NCBI GenBank assembly: GCA_003246295.1
Contig: QKAS01000053.1
Coordinates: forward strand, 46,948-110,947
Reading direction: 5' to 3'
Origin: Clostridia bacterium
GTDB lineage: Bacteria > Bacillota > Clostridia > Lachnospirales > Lachnospiraceae
Length of the DNA stretch: 64,000 bases
Shown here: in pieces, positions 30,838 to 41,750 of the stretch
Numbering within the stretch: the stretch's first letter is position 1
How the letters are laid out: every line of letters begins with the position of its first letter
Program-made: the position numbers and the translations under genes
The notes under the pieces: model-generated
Told to the model about the DNA's origin: nothing
Database searches by the model: none
Seen by the model: only the letters and a program-made list of their open reading frames with translations

Positions 30838-32358
30838 ATGAGGAATCTGGCAGTAAGAGCATTTAAAATTGCAACTGTTTTTACAGTGCCCTTTTTGCTT
30901 CTCCTATCCGGAATAAATGTTCATGCAGCAGCAGACACCATTTATAATGGAATTTTAGTAGAAAGCGTTGATATTTCAGGAATGACAGTACCTGAAGCTA
31001 CCACGAGAATTAATCAATACGTTGATTCTTTGAAAGAGGTAGAGATTACTTTAACAACCCCTCAGGGAGAGCAGACTGTTCTAACAGCTGGGGAACTTGG
31101 TTTGACATGGGCTAATGATTATATTGTAGATGATGCATGTTCTTATGGAAAAAAGGGAAATGTTGTTCAGAGATATAAAGCAATTAAGGACCTTGAGCGT
31201 GAGAACAAAGTGTTTTCTATTGAATTTGATATGGATCAGAATGCCATTGCTCAGTTAATGGAAGAAAAGTGTAGTGTATTTAATGTAGAGGCAAAAGACG
31301 CTGTCCTTAAAAAAGTTGATGGAGCATTTGTGATTGAAGAAGGGCAGACTGGACTTAAAGTGAATGCAGCAGAATCTGCAAAAACGCTTATTCATTATTT
31401 ACAGACAGATTGGGAACATACACCAGCAGCTGTTGAACTTGTGGTTGATGTTGCAAATCCAAGAGGAACCAAAGAAGAACTCGAAAAAGTGAAAGATGTA
31501 ATAGGTACCTATACAACTGATTTTCATACTTCCGGCTCAGCTAGAACTGCAAATGTAATCAATGGCTGCAGATTGATCAATGGAACAACATTATATCCAG
31601 GTGATACTTTTTCGGCATATGAACATGTGAATCCTTTTACAGAAGAAAATGGGTATTATTTAGCGGGTTCTTATTTAAATGGTATGGTGGTTGAAAGTCT
31701 TGGAGGCGGTATTTGTCAGGTATCAACAACACTATATAATGCTGTTTTAAATGCAGAATTACAGGTTGATGAAAGATTTAACCATTCCATGATTGTATCT
31801 TATGTTCCACCTTCACAAGATGCAGCCATATCGGGTACATCAAAAGATTTTAAATTTACAAATAATACAGGTGCTCCTATTTATATTGAAGGAAGCACAA
31901 GTTCAAATAAAAAAATAACTTTTACGATTTATGGTGTTGAAACAAGAACGTCAGACAGAGTCGTATCCTATGAATCTGAAGTGCTTAAGACGACACAACC
32001 AGATGGAGAGCGCATTATTGCAGATGCATCTTTACCGGTTGGAAGTATTGATGTCCAGTCTGCACATATCGGGTATGTAGCTAGACTATGGAAAGTAGTT
32101 ACAGAGAATGGTGTAGAAGTAAGTCGTACAGAAGTAAACAAAAGTACTTATCAAGTGTCGCCCAGAACTGCTACAGTAGGTGTTTCTACAGCTGATCCAG
32201 CGGTATACAACGCAATGCAGGCAGCAATCGCGACAGGCAATATTGACCATGTTAAAGGAGTAGTAGCAGCATATAATGCAGCACAACAACAGATAGCAGC
32301 ACAGCAACAGGCAGCAGCAGTTCAAAACACAACAGATGCTGCAACAGCAGCAAATTAA
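30838..32358 (+). CDS. VanW-family protein, secreted or membrane-anchored
   Basis: VanW core (GGGICQVSTTLYNA...ERFNHS); signal/anchor MRNLAVRAFKIATVFTVPFLLLLSG; start moved to ATG 30838 behind AGGAGG. Confidence 0.85.
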   Translation: MRNLAVRAFKIATVFTVPFLLLLSGINVHAAADTIYNGILVESVDISGMTVPEATTRINQYVDSLKEVEITLTTPQGEQTVLTAGELGLTWANDYIVDDACSYGKKGNVVQRYKAIKDLERENKVFSIEFDMDQNAIAQLMEEKCSVFNVEAKDAVLKKVDGAFVIEEGQTGLKVNAAESAKTLIHYLQTDWEHTPAAVELVVDVANPRGTKEELEKVKDVIGTYTTDFHTSGSARTANVINGCRLINGTTLYPGDTFSAYEHVNPFTEENGYYLAGSYLNGMVVESLGGGICQVSTTLYNAVLNAELQVDERFNHSMIVSYVPPSQDAAISGTSKDFKFTNNTGAPIYIEGSTSSNKKITFTIYGVETRTSDRVVSYESEVLKTTQPDGERIIADASLPVGSIDVQSAHIGYVARLWKVVTENGVEVSRTEVNKSTYQVSPRTATVGVSTADPAVYNAMQAAIATGNIDHVKGVVAAYNAAQQQIAAQQQAAAVQNTTDAATAAN

Positions 32359-32393
32359 GTGTCTGAATATTCATTCACAAAGGAGCTGGTACT

Positions 32394-33410
32394 TTGAAAA
32401 TTGGTAAAATATCTGAAAGTGTATTAAAACGATCTGTATTAAAACAAATAAAAACAAAAAGAAATGAAATTTTAATTGGCGCAGGCATAGGTGAAGACTG
32501 CGCCATTTTGTCGTTAAAAGAGGACGAAGTCGTTGTTTTATCAACGGACCCTATTACTGGAACAACCAAGGATATAGGGGAACTTTCCATTCATGTTACG
32601 ATAAATGATATTGCTTCTTCGGGTGCGGAACCTATAGGCGTTTTACTTACAATATTACTTCCACCGGAATCAGAAGAAGCAACGTTAAAAGAAATTATGA
32701 TATCAGCCCAAAAAGCTTGCACAAATCTTGGAATCCAAATAGCAGGAGGGCATACTGAGGTAACAGATGCAGTCAATCAGCCAATTATTACAGTCACAGG
32801 GATTGGAAAGGTAAAAAGAAGTGCCTGCTTGAAAACAGCAAATGCAAAGCCGGGTCAAGACATCGTGGTGAGCAAATATATTGGACTTGAAGGGACATCT
32901 ATTTTAGCAAAATCTTATCCAGAACTTTTAGAAAAATTCCCACAAACATTTATTAGAAATGCTGCCGCATTAGACAGGTGCTTATCGGTTGTACCTGAAG
33001 CAGTAGTCGCCGTAAAAACAGGAGTTAGTGCAATGCACGATATTACAGAAGGGGGTATTTTTGGTGCACTTTGGGAAATGGCAGAAGGCTCAAGAGTAGG
33101 ACTAGAAGTTGATTTAAAAAAAATACCAATTCGTCAAGAGACTGTTGAAATCTGTAATTATTTTGATCTTAATCCATATTTACTTATGTCAAGCGGTTCG
33201 ATGCTTATGGTAACTGACAAAGGGCCTGAACTGGTGAAAAACCTGATTAAGGAAAACATACAGGCTGCTATTATTGGAAAAATAACTTCTGGTAATGATA
33301 GAGTTATTTTGAATGACGATGAAAAAAGATTTTTAGAACCACCAAAATCAGATGAACTGTATAAAGTAAGGGAGAAGAATTGTGAGAGAAAAAATACTGA
33401 GAATCATTGA
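32394..33410 (+). CDS. AIR synthase-related (PurM/ThiL/HypE superfamily) protein
   Basis: DPITG and GGHT motifs typical of the PurM-like fold; TTG start. Confidence 0.75.
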   Translation: MKIGKISESVLKRSVLKQIKTKRNEILIGAGIGEDCAILSLKEDEVVVLSTDPITGTTKDIGELSIHVTINDIASSGAEPIGVLLTILLPPESEEATLKEIMISAQKACTNLGIQIAGGHTEVTDAVNQPIITVTGIGKVKRSACLKTANAKPGQDIVVSKYIGLEGTSILAKSYPELLEKFPQTFIRNAAALDRCLSVVPEAVVAVKTGVSAMHDITEGGIFGALWEMAEGSRVGLEVDLKKIPIRQETVEICNYFDLNPYLLMSSGSMLMVTDKGPELVKNLIKENIQAAIIGKITSGNDRVILNDDEKRFLEPPKSDELYKVREKNCERKNTENH

Positions 33411-33864
33411 AAAAAATAGCAGAATAGACTTGGGAGAACTTGCAGTGTTGCTAGGGGTGGAAGAAATTGATATCGTGAATGAACTTGCAGCAATGGAATC
33501 AGAGGGAGTAATTTGTGGCTATCATACATTGATTGATTGGGAAAAAACCAGTATCGAAAAAACAACAGCGCTAATAGAAGTGAGAGTAACCCCACAAAGA
33601 GGACATGGGTTTGATTCTATTGCGGAAAGAATTTATCAGTATCCTGAAGTAAGGGACGTCTACCTGATTTCAGGAGGATATGATCTTCTAATCATTATGG
33701 AAGGGAAGACATTGAAAGAAATCGCTAATTTTGTTTCAGATAAGCTTTCTACACAGGATTCCATATTAAGCACGGCAACACATTTTATTCTAAAAAAATA
33801 TAAAGAACACGGTACAATCCTTGATAAAAAAAGTACTGATGAAAGGATGCAGATTACGCCATGA
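33382..33864 (+). CDS. Lrp/AsnC-family transcriptional regulator
   Basis: N-terminal HTH plus RAM-like C-domain; GTG start; overlaps both neighbours. Confidence 0.8.
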   Translation: MREKILRIIEKNSRIDLGELAVLLGVEEIDIVNELAAMESEGVICGYHTLIDWEKTSIEKTTALIEVRVTPQRGHGFDSIAERIYQYPEVRDVYLISGGYDLLIIMEGKTLKEIANFVSDKLSTQDSILSTATHFILKKYKEHGTILDKKSTDERMQITP

Positions 33865-35054
33865 GAAATCCACTTTCAAAGCAGGTGGTTGAGATCAAAC
33901 CATCTGGAATCAGAAAATTCTTTGATATCGTAAGTGAAATGAAGGATGCAATATCACTTGGGGTAGGAGAACCAGATTTTGATACGCCTTGGCATATTCG
34001 AGATGAGGGAATGTACTCACTTGAAAAGGGACGGACATTTTATACCTCCAATGCAGGTTTAAGGGAACTTAAAATGGAGATTACAGAATATCTGAAACGT
34101 CGCTATCAACTGCAGTACAACTATCAGGATGAAGTGATTGTAACGGTCGGAGGATCAGAGGCTATTGATATTGGCTTGCGAGCTCTGCTAGATCCTGGAG
34201 ATGAAGTTTTGATTCCACAACCAAGCTATGTGTCCTATGAACCATGTACGATACTTGCAGGCGGAAAGCCTGTTGTAATAGAACTAAAAAATGAAGATCA
34301 ATTCAGATTAACACCGAAACAGCTGGAAGCCTCTATAACAAATAAAACAAAAGTATTAATCTTACCTTATCCGAATAATCCAACGGGTGCAATTATGAAT
34401 CGCTCTGATCTTGAAAAAATCACTGAGATTATTATAAAGAATGATATGATTGTAATGTCAGATGAAATATATTCAGAACTTTCATATAATGGAGAGCATA
34501 CGTCAATTGCCTCTCTTCCGGGGATGAAAGAAAGAACTATATTAATTAACGGTTTTTCCAAGTCATATGCAATGACTGGTTGGCGTCTTGGATATGCATG
34601 TGGACCAAAAGAGATTATAGAGCAAATGATCAAAATTCATCAGTTTGCGATTATGTGTGCTCCAACGACAAGCCAGTACGCTGCAATAGAAGCCCTAAAA
34701 AATGGTGATGAAGATGTTGCGCAGATGAGAGAAGCTTATAATCAACGACGCAGGTATTTAATACATGCATTTAAAAAGATGGAACTGGACTGCTTTGAAC
34801 CATATGGCGCGTTTTATGTCTTTCCATGTATTAGAGAATTTAAAATGACTTCAGAAGAGTTTGCAACAAGGCTGTTACAGGAAGAGAAAGTTGCAGTTGT
34901 ACCAGGTACGGCTTTTGGAGATTGTGGTGAAGGATTTTTAAGAATATCCTATGCCTATTCTCTTGATAGAATTAAAATTGCAATAGGAAGAATTGAGAAA
35001 TTTGTATTTCGATTAAGAGATGAACAAAAAGAAAAAGAGCAGGAGTACAGATAG
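33861..35054 (+). CDS. class I/II pyridoxal-phosphate aminotransferase
   Basis: PNNPTG and SKSYAMTGWRLGY (PLP-lysine) motifs. Confidence 0.9.
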   Translation: MRNPLSKQVVEIKPSGIRKFFDIVSEMKDAISLGVGEPDFDTPWHIRDEGMYSLEKGRTFYTSNAGLRELKMEITEYLKRRYQLQYNYQDEVIVTVGGSEAIDIGLRALLDPGDEVLIPQPSYVSYEPCTILAGGKPVVIELKNEDQFRLTPKQLEASITNKTKVLILPYPNNPTGAIMNRSDLEKITEIIIKNDMIVMSDEIYSELSYNGEHTSIASLPGMKERTILINGFSKSYAMTGWRLGYACGPKEIIEQMIKIHQFAIMCAPTTSQYAAIEALKNGDEDVAQMREAYNQRRRYLIHAFKKMELDCFEPYGAFYVFPCIREFKMTSEEFATRLLQEEKVAVVPGTAFGDCGEGFLRISYAYSLDRIKIAIGRIEKFVFRLRDEQKEKEQEYR

Positions 35055-35057
35055 TAT

Positions 35058-35555
35058 ATGTTGAATATAATTTTGTTTCAACCTGAAATACCAGCAAATA
35101 CAGGAAATATAGGAAGAACCTGTGTTGCAACAAACACAAGACTTCATTTGATTGAGCCACTAGGATTTCGTTTAAATGAAAAAGAAATAAAAAGAGCCGG
35201 TATGGACTACTGGGAACATCTTGATGTAATCAGATATATGAATTATGAGGAATTTTGTCTGAAAAATCCCAATGTTAAAATTTGGATGGCAACTACGAAG
35301 GCGAAACATGTTTATTCTGAAGTAAAATATGGACCTGACGATTATATTATGTTCGGAAAAGAAAGCGCTGGGATTCCAGAAGAAGTCCTGGTGGAACATG
35401 AGGAAACCTGTATCAGAATTCCTATGATGGACACGATCAGGTCACTTAATTTATCAAACTCGGTGTCCATTGTATTATATGAAGCTCTCAGACAAAATCA
35501 ATTTTCTGGGATGAAAACACAAGGAGAGCTTCATCATCTACATTGGAAAAAATAA
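35058..35555 (+). CDS. trmL: tRNA (cytidine/uridine-2'-O-)-methyltransferase TrmL (SpoU/TrmH family)
   Basis: 165 aa; PEIPANTGNIGRTC N-terminus, SLNLSNSV knot motif. Confidence 0.88.
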   Translation: MLNIILFQPEIPANTGNIGRTCVATNTRLHLIEPLGFRLNEKEIKRAGMDYWEHLDVIRYMNYEEFCLKNPNVKIWMATTKAKHVYSEVKYGPDDYIMFGKESAGIPEEVLVEHEETCIRIPMMDTIRSLNLSNSVSIVLYEALRQNQFSGMKTQGELHHLHWKK

Positions 35556-35557
35556 AA

Positions 35558-36982
35558 TTATTCTTCATTGCTTTTTTCGGACTTCATTAATGAGAAAATA
35601 AATTCTGTACCAACACCTTCTGTGCTGACAACATTTATGTTTTCTCCATGTGCGTGTATAATTTCTTTGGTAATAGAAAGTCCAAGACCAGTTCCTTTTT
35701 TGTCTTTACCACGAGACTGGTCTGTTTTATAAAAACGGTCCCAGATCATTTTAAGGCTTTCTTTTGGAATTCCAATGCCACTGTCTTTTATTGATACAAA
35801 AATTTTACTATGCTTTTCGGTTGTTTCAATCTTGATTACAGAATCACGATGGCTAAATTTGATTGCATTATCCAGCAGATTATATAGGACCTGCTGGATT
35901 TTTGTGATATCAGCATTGACGAACATTACTTCACCAGTCAGAATCAGTTCAATTGCAATCATTTTTCTAATACAGGTACCTTCAAAAGAGGCAGCTGTAT
36001 TTTTTATAACCTGATTTATGTCAAAATCATTTTTTTCCAGAAACATACCGTTTGAGTTAAGGCTATTTAAAGAAAGTAAATTATTGGTGAGTTTGGTAAG
36101 CCGCTGGGTTTCATTAAGAACAATTCCTAGATATTTTTCATGTGCTTCACATGGAATGGTTCCGTCAATCATTGCTTCCAGATATCCTCGTATTGAAGTA
36201 AGAGGAGAACGAAAATCATGAGAAACATTTGCAACAATTTTTTTTTGGTTTTCTTCACTTCTGGCAATCTCGCTTGCCATGTACGACAGAGATGCTGCCA
36301 GATAACCAATTTCATCAGCGCTGTCTACTTGAAAACGATATTTCATATTTCCAGCCGCATATTGTTCTGTAGCAAAGGTAATCTTTCGAAGAGGGAGATA
36401 AACAAGCTCTGTAAAGAAGATTAATATAATTAAGGATAATAAAAACAAAATAACAAGCAGAATATAAGAAATCGTTAGTAGGCTATTAGCAGAGTCTGTT
36501 AAATTAGAGATTGCTGTGTGAATCACAACATACCCTTTTACCTCATAATTCGAAGTTATAGGAGAAAATACACTCAAAGTCTTTTCGTCAAACATACCAA
36601 AGAAATTACCAACAGTATAATAAGAACCTGCAGTGATTGTTGGGTCAAAATGATTCACAATAACAGGGTTATTAATATCAAGTGGCTTTGAAGTGTCTAT
36701 AACAAGCCGACCGGATGGATTAATAATCCATATGGATGCTGATAAAAAAGTATCCAGTGCATCTAACTGCTTTTGAACGGTATCAATAGAAACTTCGTTA
36801 TTGTAAAGGTCAGATGCATAGGTTGTAGCTATTAAAGTTGCTTCTTTGTATAAAGCATTCGCTTTCTCGCGCTTCAGGTGCTCGAATGTCATACTGGAAA
36901 CAAAAGTTGCAACCACAAGAAACCCAAAGAACGCAAAAATAACATATGCAAGAATAAACTTAGTGTAAAGCGTCTTTTTCAT
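35558..36982 (-). CDS. sensor histidine kinase
   Basis: Two TM, HAMP, H-box SHDFRSPLT, G boxes DSGIGI and GTGLGLS. Confidence 0.9.
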   Translation of the reverse strand: MKKTLYTKFILAYVIFAFFGFLVVATFVSSMTFEHLKREKANALYKEATLIATTYASDLYNNEVSIDTVQKQLDALDTFLSASIWIINPSGRLVIDTSKPLDINNPVIVNHFDPTITAGSYYTVGNFFGMFDEKTLSVFSPITSNYEVKGYVVIHTAISNLTDSANSLLTISYILLVILFLLSLIILIFFTELVYLPLRKITFATEQYAAGNMKYRFQVDSADEIGYLAASLSYMASEIARSEENQKKIVANVSHDFRSPLTSIRGYLEAMIDGTIPCEAHEKYLGIVLNETQRLTKLTNNLLSLNSLNSNGMFLEKNDFDINQVIKNTAASFEGTCIRKMIAIELILTGEVMFVNADITKIQQVLYNLLDNAIKFSHRDSVIKIETTEKHSKIFVSIKDSGIGIPKESLKMIWDRFYKTDQSRGKDKKGTGLGLSITKEIIHAHGENINVVSTEGVGTEFIFSLMKSEKSNEE

Positions 36983-37680
36983 TATCTTACCTCAAATTTA
37001 TACCCGATTCCCCATATGGTCGAAAGTTTCCACGAAGGATGATCATTAATTTTTTCGCGAAGCCTTTTAATGTGAACATCTACAGTTCGGGTATCACCAA
37101 TGTATTCATAGCCCCAAATCTGATCAAGTAACTGCTCTCTTGTAAAAACATGGTTTGGAGAAGAGGCAAGAAAATAAAGAAGTTCAAGTTCTTTTGGCGG
37201 CATATCAACAGTTTTTCCCATGTACACAACGGAATAATTCGTTTGATTTATGACAAGATCTGGATATTCCACAACTTTTACATCCATATTTGGATTGTTA
37301 GAAACAACTGGTTTATATCTTCGCAGGACAGCTTTGGATCTAGCAACCAATTCTTTTGAATCGAAAGGTTTTTCGATATAGTCATCAGCTCCAAGTTCGA
37401 GACCAAGTACTTTATCAAAGACTTCTCCTTTTGCTGAAAGCATAATAATAGGTGTTGTATGTTTAATACGGACTTCACGGCAGACTTGATATCCATCAAT
37501 TCCTGGAAGCATCAGATCAAGGAGAATCAGATTAGGATCAAATGTTTCTACGGCAAGAAGTGCAGACTCCCCATCATTAACAATCATTGTTTCAAAACAT
37601 TCTTTGGTAAGATATAAAGAAATCAGTTCTGCAATATTGTTATCATCATCTACGATTAATATCTTCTGTTTGCTCACCAT
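36982..37680 (-). CDS. OmpR-family response regulator
   Basis: DLMLPGIDG receiver, GIGYKF winged helix; 1-nt overlap with kinase gene. Confidence 0.92.
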   Translation of the reverse strand: MVSKQKILIVDDDNNIAELISLYLTKECFETMIVNDGESALLAVETFDPNLILLDLMLPGIDGYQVCREVRIKHTTPIIMLSAKGEVFDKVLGLELGADDYIEKPFDSKELVARSKAVLRRYKPVVSNNPNMDVKVVEYPDLVINQTNYSVVYMGKTVDMPPKELELLYFLASSPNHVFTREQLLDQIWGYEYIGDTRTVDVHIKRLREKINDHPSWKLSTIWGIGYKFEVR

Positions 37681-37708
37681 TTTCGGCTACCTTCTTTCTG
37701 TTATTATT

Positions 37709-40078
37709 TTATTTTTTAAAAATAGCAATTGTGACACCCGCGTCACCTTCTCCGAATTCACCTAATCGGAAGGATTCTACATATTTTGCTTTCCTTAGAT
37801 GCTGATGTACTGCATTTCTCAGTGCGCCAGTACCTTTTCCGTGTACAATTCTGACACTAGGCAGATGTGACAGGTATGCATCGTCAAGATACTTATCGAG
37901 TTCAGAAAGTGCTTCATCAACTGTACGACCAAGCAAATTTATTTCCATAGAAATTGTTGATGTTTTTGAAAGTTTCATTTTACCTGTTGATGTGCGTCCT
38001 GACAATTTCTTTGTTATATCTTCATCATCCAGACGAATCAGATCTTTGATATTTGCTTGTGTACGCATGATTCCACACTGTATAAATAAGTTTCCTTTTT
38101 GATCCGGAAGTGAATGCACTGAACCTTTCAGTCCCATTGAAACAATTTTTACAGTATCACCAAGTTTGACCTGTAATGGTTTTTTTGAAACTGTTTCAGA
38201 AGGTTTTAGTGTTAGGTTACTGTTTTTTTCATTTATTTTATTTCGTAGTTTCTGACGAGATTGTTCCATGTCTTTTACAGTAACAGAAGAATTATTTTTT
38301 TGAAATTCTCGAATAGACTCATCAGCAATTTCCTTTGCTTCTTGAAGGATATCACGAGCTTTTTCATTTGCTTCCCGAAGAATTTTTTCGCGTGCCTGGT
38401 CAAGTCGTTCTTGTTTTTGTGAAAGCTGAAGTTTAAGAGATTCAACTTCTTTTTTATAGGCAGCAATTTCAAGTCGTTCGGTCTCAATTGTTTTTCTACT
38501 TTTTTCAAGATCAGATATTATATCTTCGAAACTTTCGTCTTCCTGGCTCAGTTCATTTTTTGCAGAGGCAACAATATAGTCAGGAAGGCCCAATTTACTA
38601 GAGATTGCAAATGCATTACTTTTACCAGGGATACCTATCAATAAACGATAGGTTGGACGAAGTGTTTCAACATCAAATTCGCAGCTTGCATTTTCTACGC
38701 CGGGAGTTGAGAGTGCAAATAGTTTTAATTCACTATAATGTGTGGTTGCAGCAGTACGAATTCCACGTTGGTGAAGATGCTTTAATATTGCAATGGCTAA
38801 AGCCGCTCCTTCCGTCGGGTCAGTGCCAGCACCAAGCTCATCAAACAGACAAAGAGAATTTGAATCAGCTTCTTTTAAAATAGACACAATGTTTGTCATA
38901 TGTGAAGAAAAAGTACTTAGGCTTTGTTCAATACTCTGTTCGTCTCCGATGTCGGCATATACTTCATGAAAGAGAGACAATTCAGATCTGTCAAGTGCAG
39001 GAATATGAAGACCTGCCTGCCCCATGAGCGTCAACAAGCCAACCGTTTTTAAAGATACTGTTTTACCGCCAGTATTAGGTCCTGTGACAACAAGAAGATC
39101 AAACGTATTTCCAAGTTCGATATCAATAGGAACTACAGAGGATTTGTTCAAAAGTGGATGTCTGCCTTTTCGAATCACAATTCTATGATCAGAATTCATA
39201 ATGGGCATTGTTGCATTTTGATCCAGAGCAAGTGCAGCTTTTGCAAAAATAAAATCAAGTTGCGTCAGAAGATTATAATTCTGCCGTATCTGTTCTATTG
39301 AGTCAGAAGATTTAACACTCAGAACGGATAGGATAACTTCTATTTCCGCCTCCTCCTGAAGAGAAAGTTCTTTTATTTGATTATTCAATGAGACTACAGA
39401 AGCGGGTTCAATAAATAATGTAGACCCAGTTTGTGACTGGTCATGTATCATTCCTGGCACTTGATTTTTGTATTCGGATTTGACAGGAATGCAATATCTG
39501 TTATTACGCATCGTAATAACAGCATCCTGAAGGTAAGTACGATGGGAACCATTTACCATTTGTGATAGTTGCTGGTGAATTTTTTCATTCGTTAGAATGA
39601 TGCTTCTGCGAATATGTTTCAGGGTAGGCGAAGCATCGTCACTTATTTCATCTTCTGCCAGGATACAACGGCGTATCTCGCTGGACAAAGGACTTACGGG
39701 TTCAAGTCCATCGAAAAGATTTTCGAGAGAATCAGCGATAGAATCATCTTTTTCATTACGACCGTAAGATTTAATTCTTGCACTGCACTCCAAAATAGCA
39801 GCTATTTTTAATAGTTCACCAGCAGAAAGAATACTTCCGATTTCTAGTGATTTCATCATTCCAAGTATATTTCGATTACCACGAAAAGATGGAGCCCCTT
39901 TTTTGAACAATCGTGACAAAGCATCCTGTGTCTGAATCTGGGCTTCGGTGATTGCTTCAATTTCAGTCATAGGTTTTAAATCATTACATAATAGCTTACC
40001 AGGTTCAGAAGTTGCTTTCTCAGTTAATACAGTAATTACTTTGTTATATTCAAGGACTCTTAGTACTTTTTCATTCAT
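37709..40078 (-). CDS. mutS2: endonuclease MutS2 (MutS ATPase + C-terminal Smr)
   Basis: 789 aa; Walker A GPNTGGKT, DELGAGTDP, C-terminal Smr (VRIVHGKGTGALR). Confidence 0.95.
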   Translation of the reverse strand: MNEKVLRVLEYNKVITVLTEKATSEPGKLLCNDLKPMTEIEAITEAQIQTQDALSRLFKKGAPSFRGNRNILGMMKSLEIGSILSAGELLKIAAILECSARIKSYGRNEKDDSIADSLENLFDGLEPVSPLSSEIRRCILAEDEISDDASPTLKHIRRSIILTNEKIHQQLSQMVNGSHRTYLQDAVITMRNNRYCIPVKSEYKNQVPGMIHDQSQTGSTLFIEPASVVSLNNQIKELSLQEEAEIEVILSVLSVKSSDSIEQIRQNYNLLTQLDFIFAKAALALDQNATMPIMNSDHRIVIRKGRHPLLNKSSVVPIDIELGNTFDLLVVTGPNTGGKTVSLKTVGLLTLMGQAGLHIPALDRSELSLFHEVYADIGDEQSIEQSLSTFSSHMTNIVSILKEADSNSLCLFDELGAGTDPTEGAALAIAILKHLHQRGIRTAATTHYSELKLFALSTPGVENASCEFDVETLRPTYRLLIGIPGKSNAFAISSKLGLPDYIVASAKNELSQEDESFEDIISDLEKSRKTIETERLEIAAYKKEVESLKLQLSQKQERLDQAREKILREANEKARDILQEAKEIADESIREFQKNNSSVTVKDMEQSRQKLRNKINEKNSNLTLKPSETVSKKPLQVKLGDTVKIVSMGLKGSVHSLPDQKGNLFIQCGIMRTQANIKDLIRLDDEDITKKLSGRTSTGKMKLSKTSTISMEINLLGRTVDEALSELDKYLDDAYLSHLPSVRIVHGKGTGALRNAVHQHLRKAKYVESFRLGEFGEGDAGVTIAIFKK

Positions 40079-40265
40079 AACAATTATTTCACCTTATTTG
40101 TATAAAATTTATTTCATGATTTTTAATTTCAAGATAAAACAATAATATCATAGAAGTAAAAAAAAAACCACGAGGAAGTCCTTTCTTTACAAGCAGTCAG
40201 GTATCAGATATACTTAATGCGTAATCATTACAAAAAGAAGATATATTTAGTGATGGAGATTTAAC

Positions 40266-41618
40266 ATGGAACCCGAAAAAAGAAATACATCTGATACGGA
40301 AAATAAAACAGTTGTGACCGATCAGGAGTTTGAAGTTATTAAAGAGAGAATTAAAGAGAGACCAATCAATCGAAAGAAACTTCTAAGAAGAACGATAATG
40401 ACAGTTGCATTTGCTGTTATATTTGGTTTGATTGCCTGTCTGACATTTCTTGTTCTTGAACCGGTATTTAGTAACTGGCTCTATCCAGAAGAAGAACCCA
40501 AACCGGTCACATTCCCGCAAGTTGAAGAAGAAATTCTTCCTGAAGATATGGTACAGACAGATAGTCAACTTGAAGAGAATCAAGAAGAAGAGCAGGCAGA
40601 ACAGGTCGTCACAGAAACAATTGTAGAAAAGGTTGATTTGGAAATTACAGATTATCAGTTATTATATAATAAGCTATATGAAGTAGCGAAAGAATGTTCA
40701 AAAAGTATGGTAACAGTGACGGGTGTAAAATCTGATGTTGACTGGTTCAATAATCCATACGAAAGTAAAGGACAGGCTTTTGGTCTTATAATTGCCGATA
40801 ATGGGAAAGGGTTATTGATTCTGGCAGATAAGAAAGCTGTAGAAGAAGCAGAAACAATACAAGTGACTTTTGGAGATGGAACACAAGCCATGGCAGAGTT
40901 GATTGGATCTGATCTTACAACAGGTCTTGCTGTAATAAGTGTATCTTATGACCTGATGAATCAGAATACATTAAACGCTATTACGATAGCAAAACTTGGA
41001 AGTTCAAATTCTGCAAATCTTGCAGGGAGCCCAGTGATAGCACTCGGAAGCCCGATGGGTATGAATGGATCGGTCGTATATGGAATGTTGACATCTGTTG
41101 GAAATCCAGTAAGTGTTGTTGATAACTCATATAAATCTTTAGCAACGGATATCTACGGAAGCACAGATGCTGGTGGAATTCTAATCAGTATGAAAGGAGA
41201 TATCATCGGATTAATTAATATGACTTATGCGAATGATACGACTCCGAACCTGATTACTGCACTTGGAATTACAGAGTTGAAAAAGACAATCGAGAAAATT
41301 TCAAATCATGGAAAACTTGCATATCTTGGAATACACGGAATTGATGTTTCACAACAAGCAAACCAGGAACTGGGTGTGCCTTTTGGTGCATTCGTTACAG
41401 AAATCAGTGTTGATTCCCCTGCTATGCAGCATGGGATTCAAAGTGGAGATGTCATTGTCAAGATAGGAAACATAGCAATTGAAGATTTTAATTCCTATGT
41501 TAGTGCTATTATGGCACTTGAACCTGAGGACACTGTTACAATTACAATCATGCGACAGGGACAGGATGAATATCGCGAAATGTCATTTGAAATTACGCTT
41601 GGAAGTCAGGAGTCATAA
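40266..41618 (+). CDS. HtrA/DegP-like trypsin-fold + PDZ protein with substituted catalytic triad (probable pseudoprotease)
   Basis: TM anchor, acidic linker, S1C fold and PDZ. Hand alignment to HtrA motifs gives TNNHV -> ADKKA, DLAV -> GLAV, GNSGG -> TDAGG. Confidence 0.75.
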   Translation: MEPEKRNTSDTENKTVVTDQEFEVIKERIKERPINRKKLLRRTIMTVAFAVIFGLIACLTFLVLEPVFSNWLYPEEEPKPVTFPQVEEEILPEDMVQTDSQLEENQEEEQAEQVVTETIVEKVDLEITDYQLLYNKLYEVAKECSKSMVTVTGVKSDVDWFNNPYESKGQAFGLIIADNGKGLLILADKKAVEEAETIQVTFGDGTQAMAELIGSDLTTGLAVISVSYDLMNQNTLNAITIAKLGSSNSANLAGSPVIALGSPMGMNGSVVYGMLTSVGNPVSVVDNSYKSLATDIYGSTDAGGILISMKGDIIGLINMTYANDTTPNLITALGITELKKTIEKISNHGKLAYLGIHGIDVSQQANQELGVPFGAFVTEISVDSPAMQHGIQSGDVIVKIGNIAIEDFNSYVSAIMALEPEDTVTITIMRQGQDEYREMSFEITLGSQES

Positions 41619-41750
41619 TTCTTAAACAAGAAATATAAGTTATAATAAAAATAATACAGAATCAAAATAAATACATGAAAAGGAATCAACGTGAATAAAA
41701 ATCGCGATTCTTAATTTGTATGCGTGTTAAATCACGCAGATGGGAGAAAA

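Noticed and set aside
32230-32358. Q/A-rich repetitive 3' end of the VanW-family gene
   Set aside because: It is a low-complexity C-terminal tail in the same frame as the gene, not an independent repeat element.
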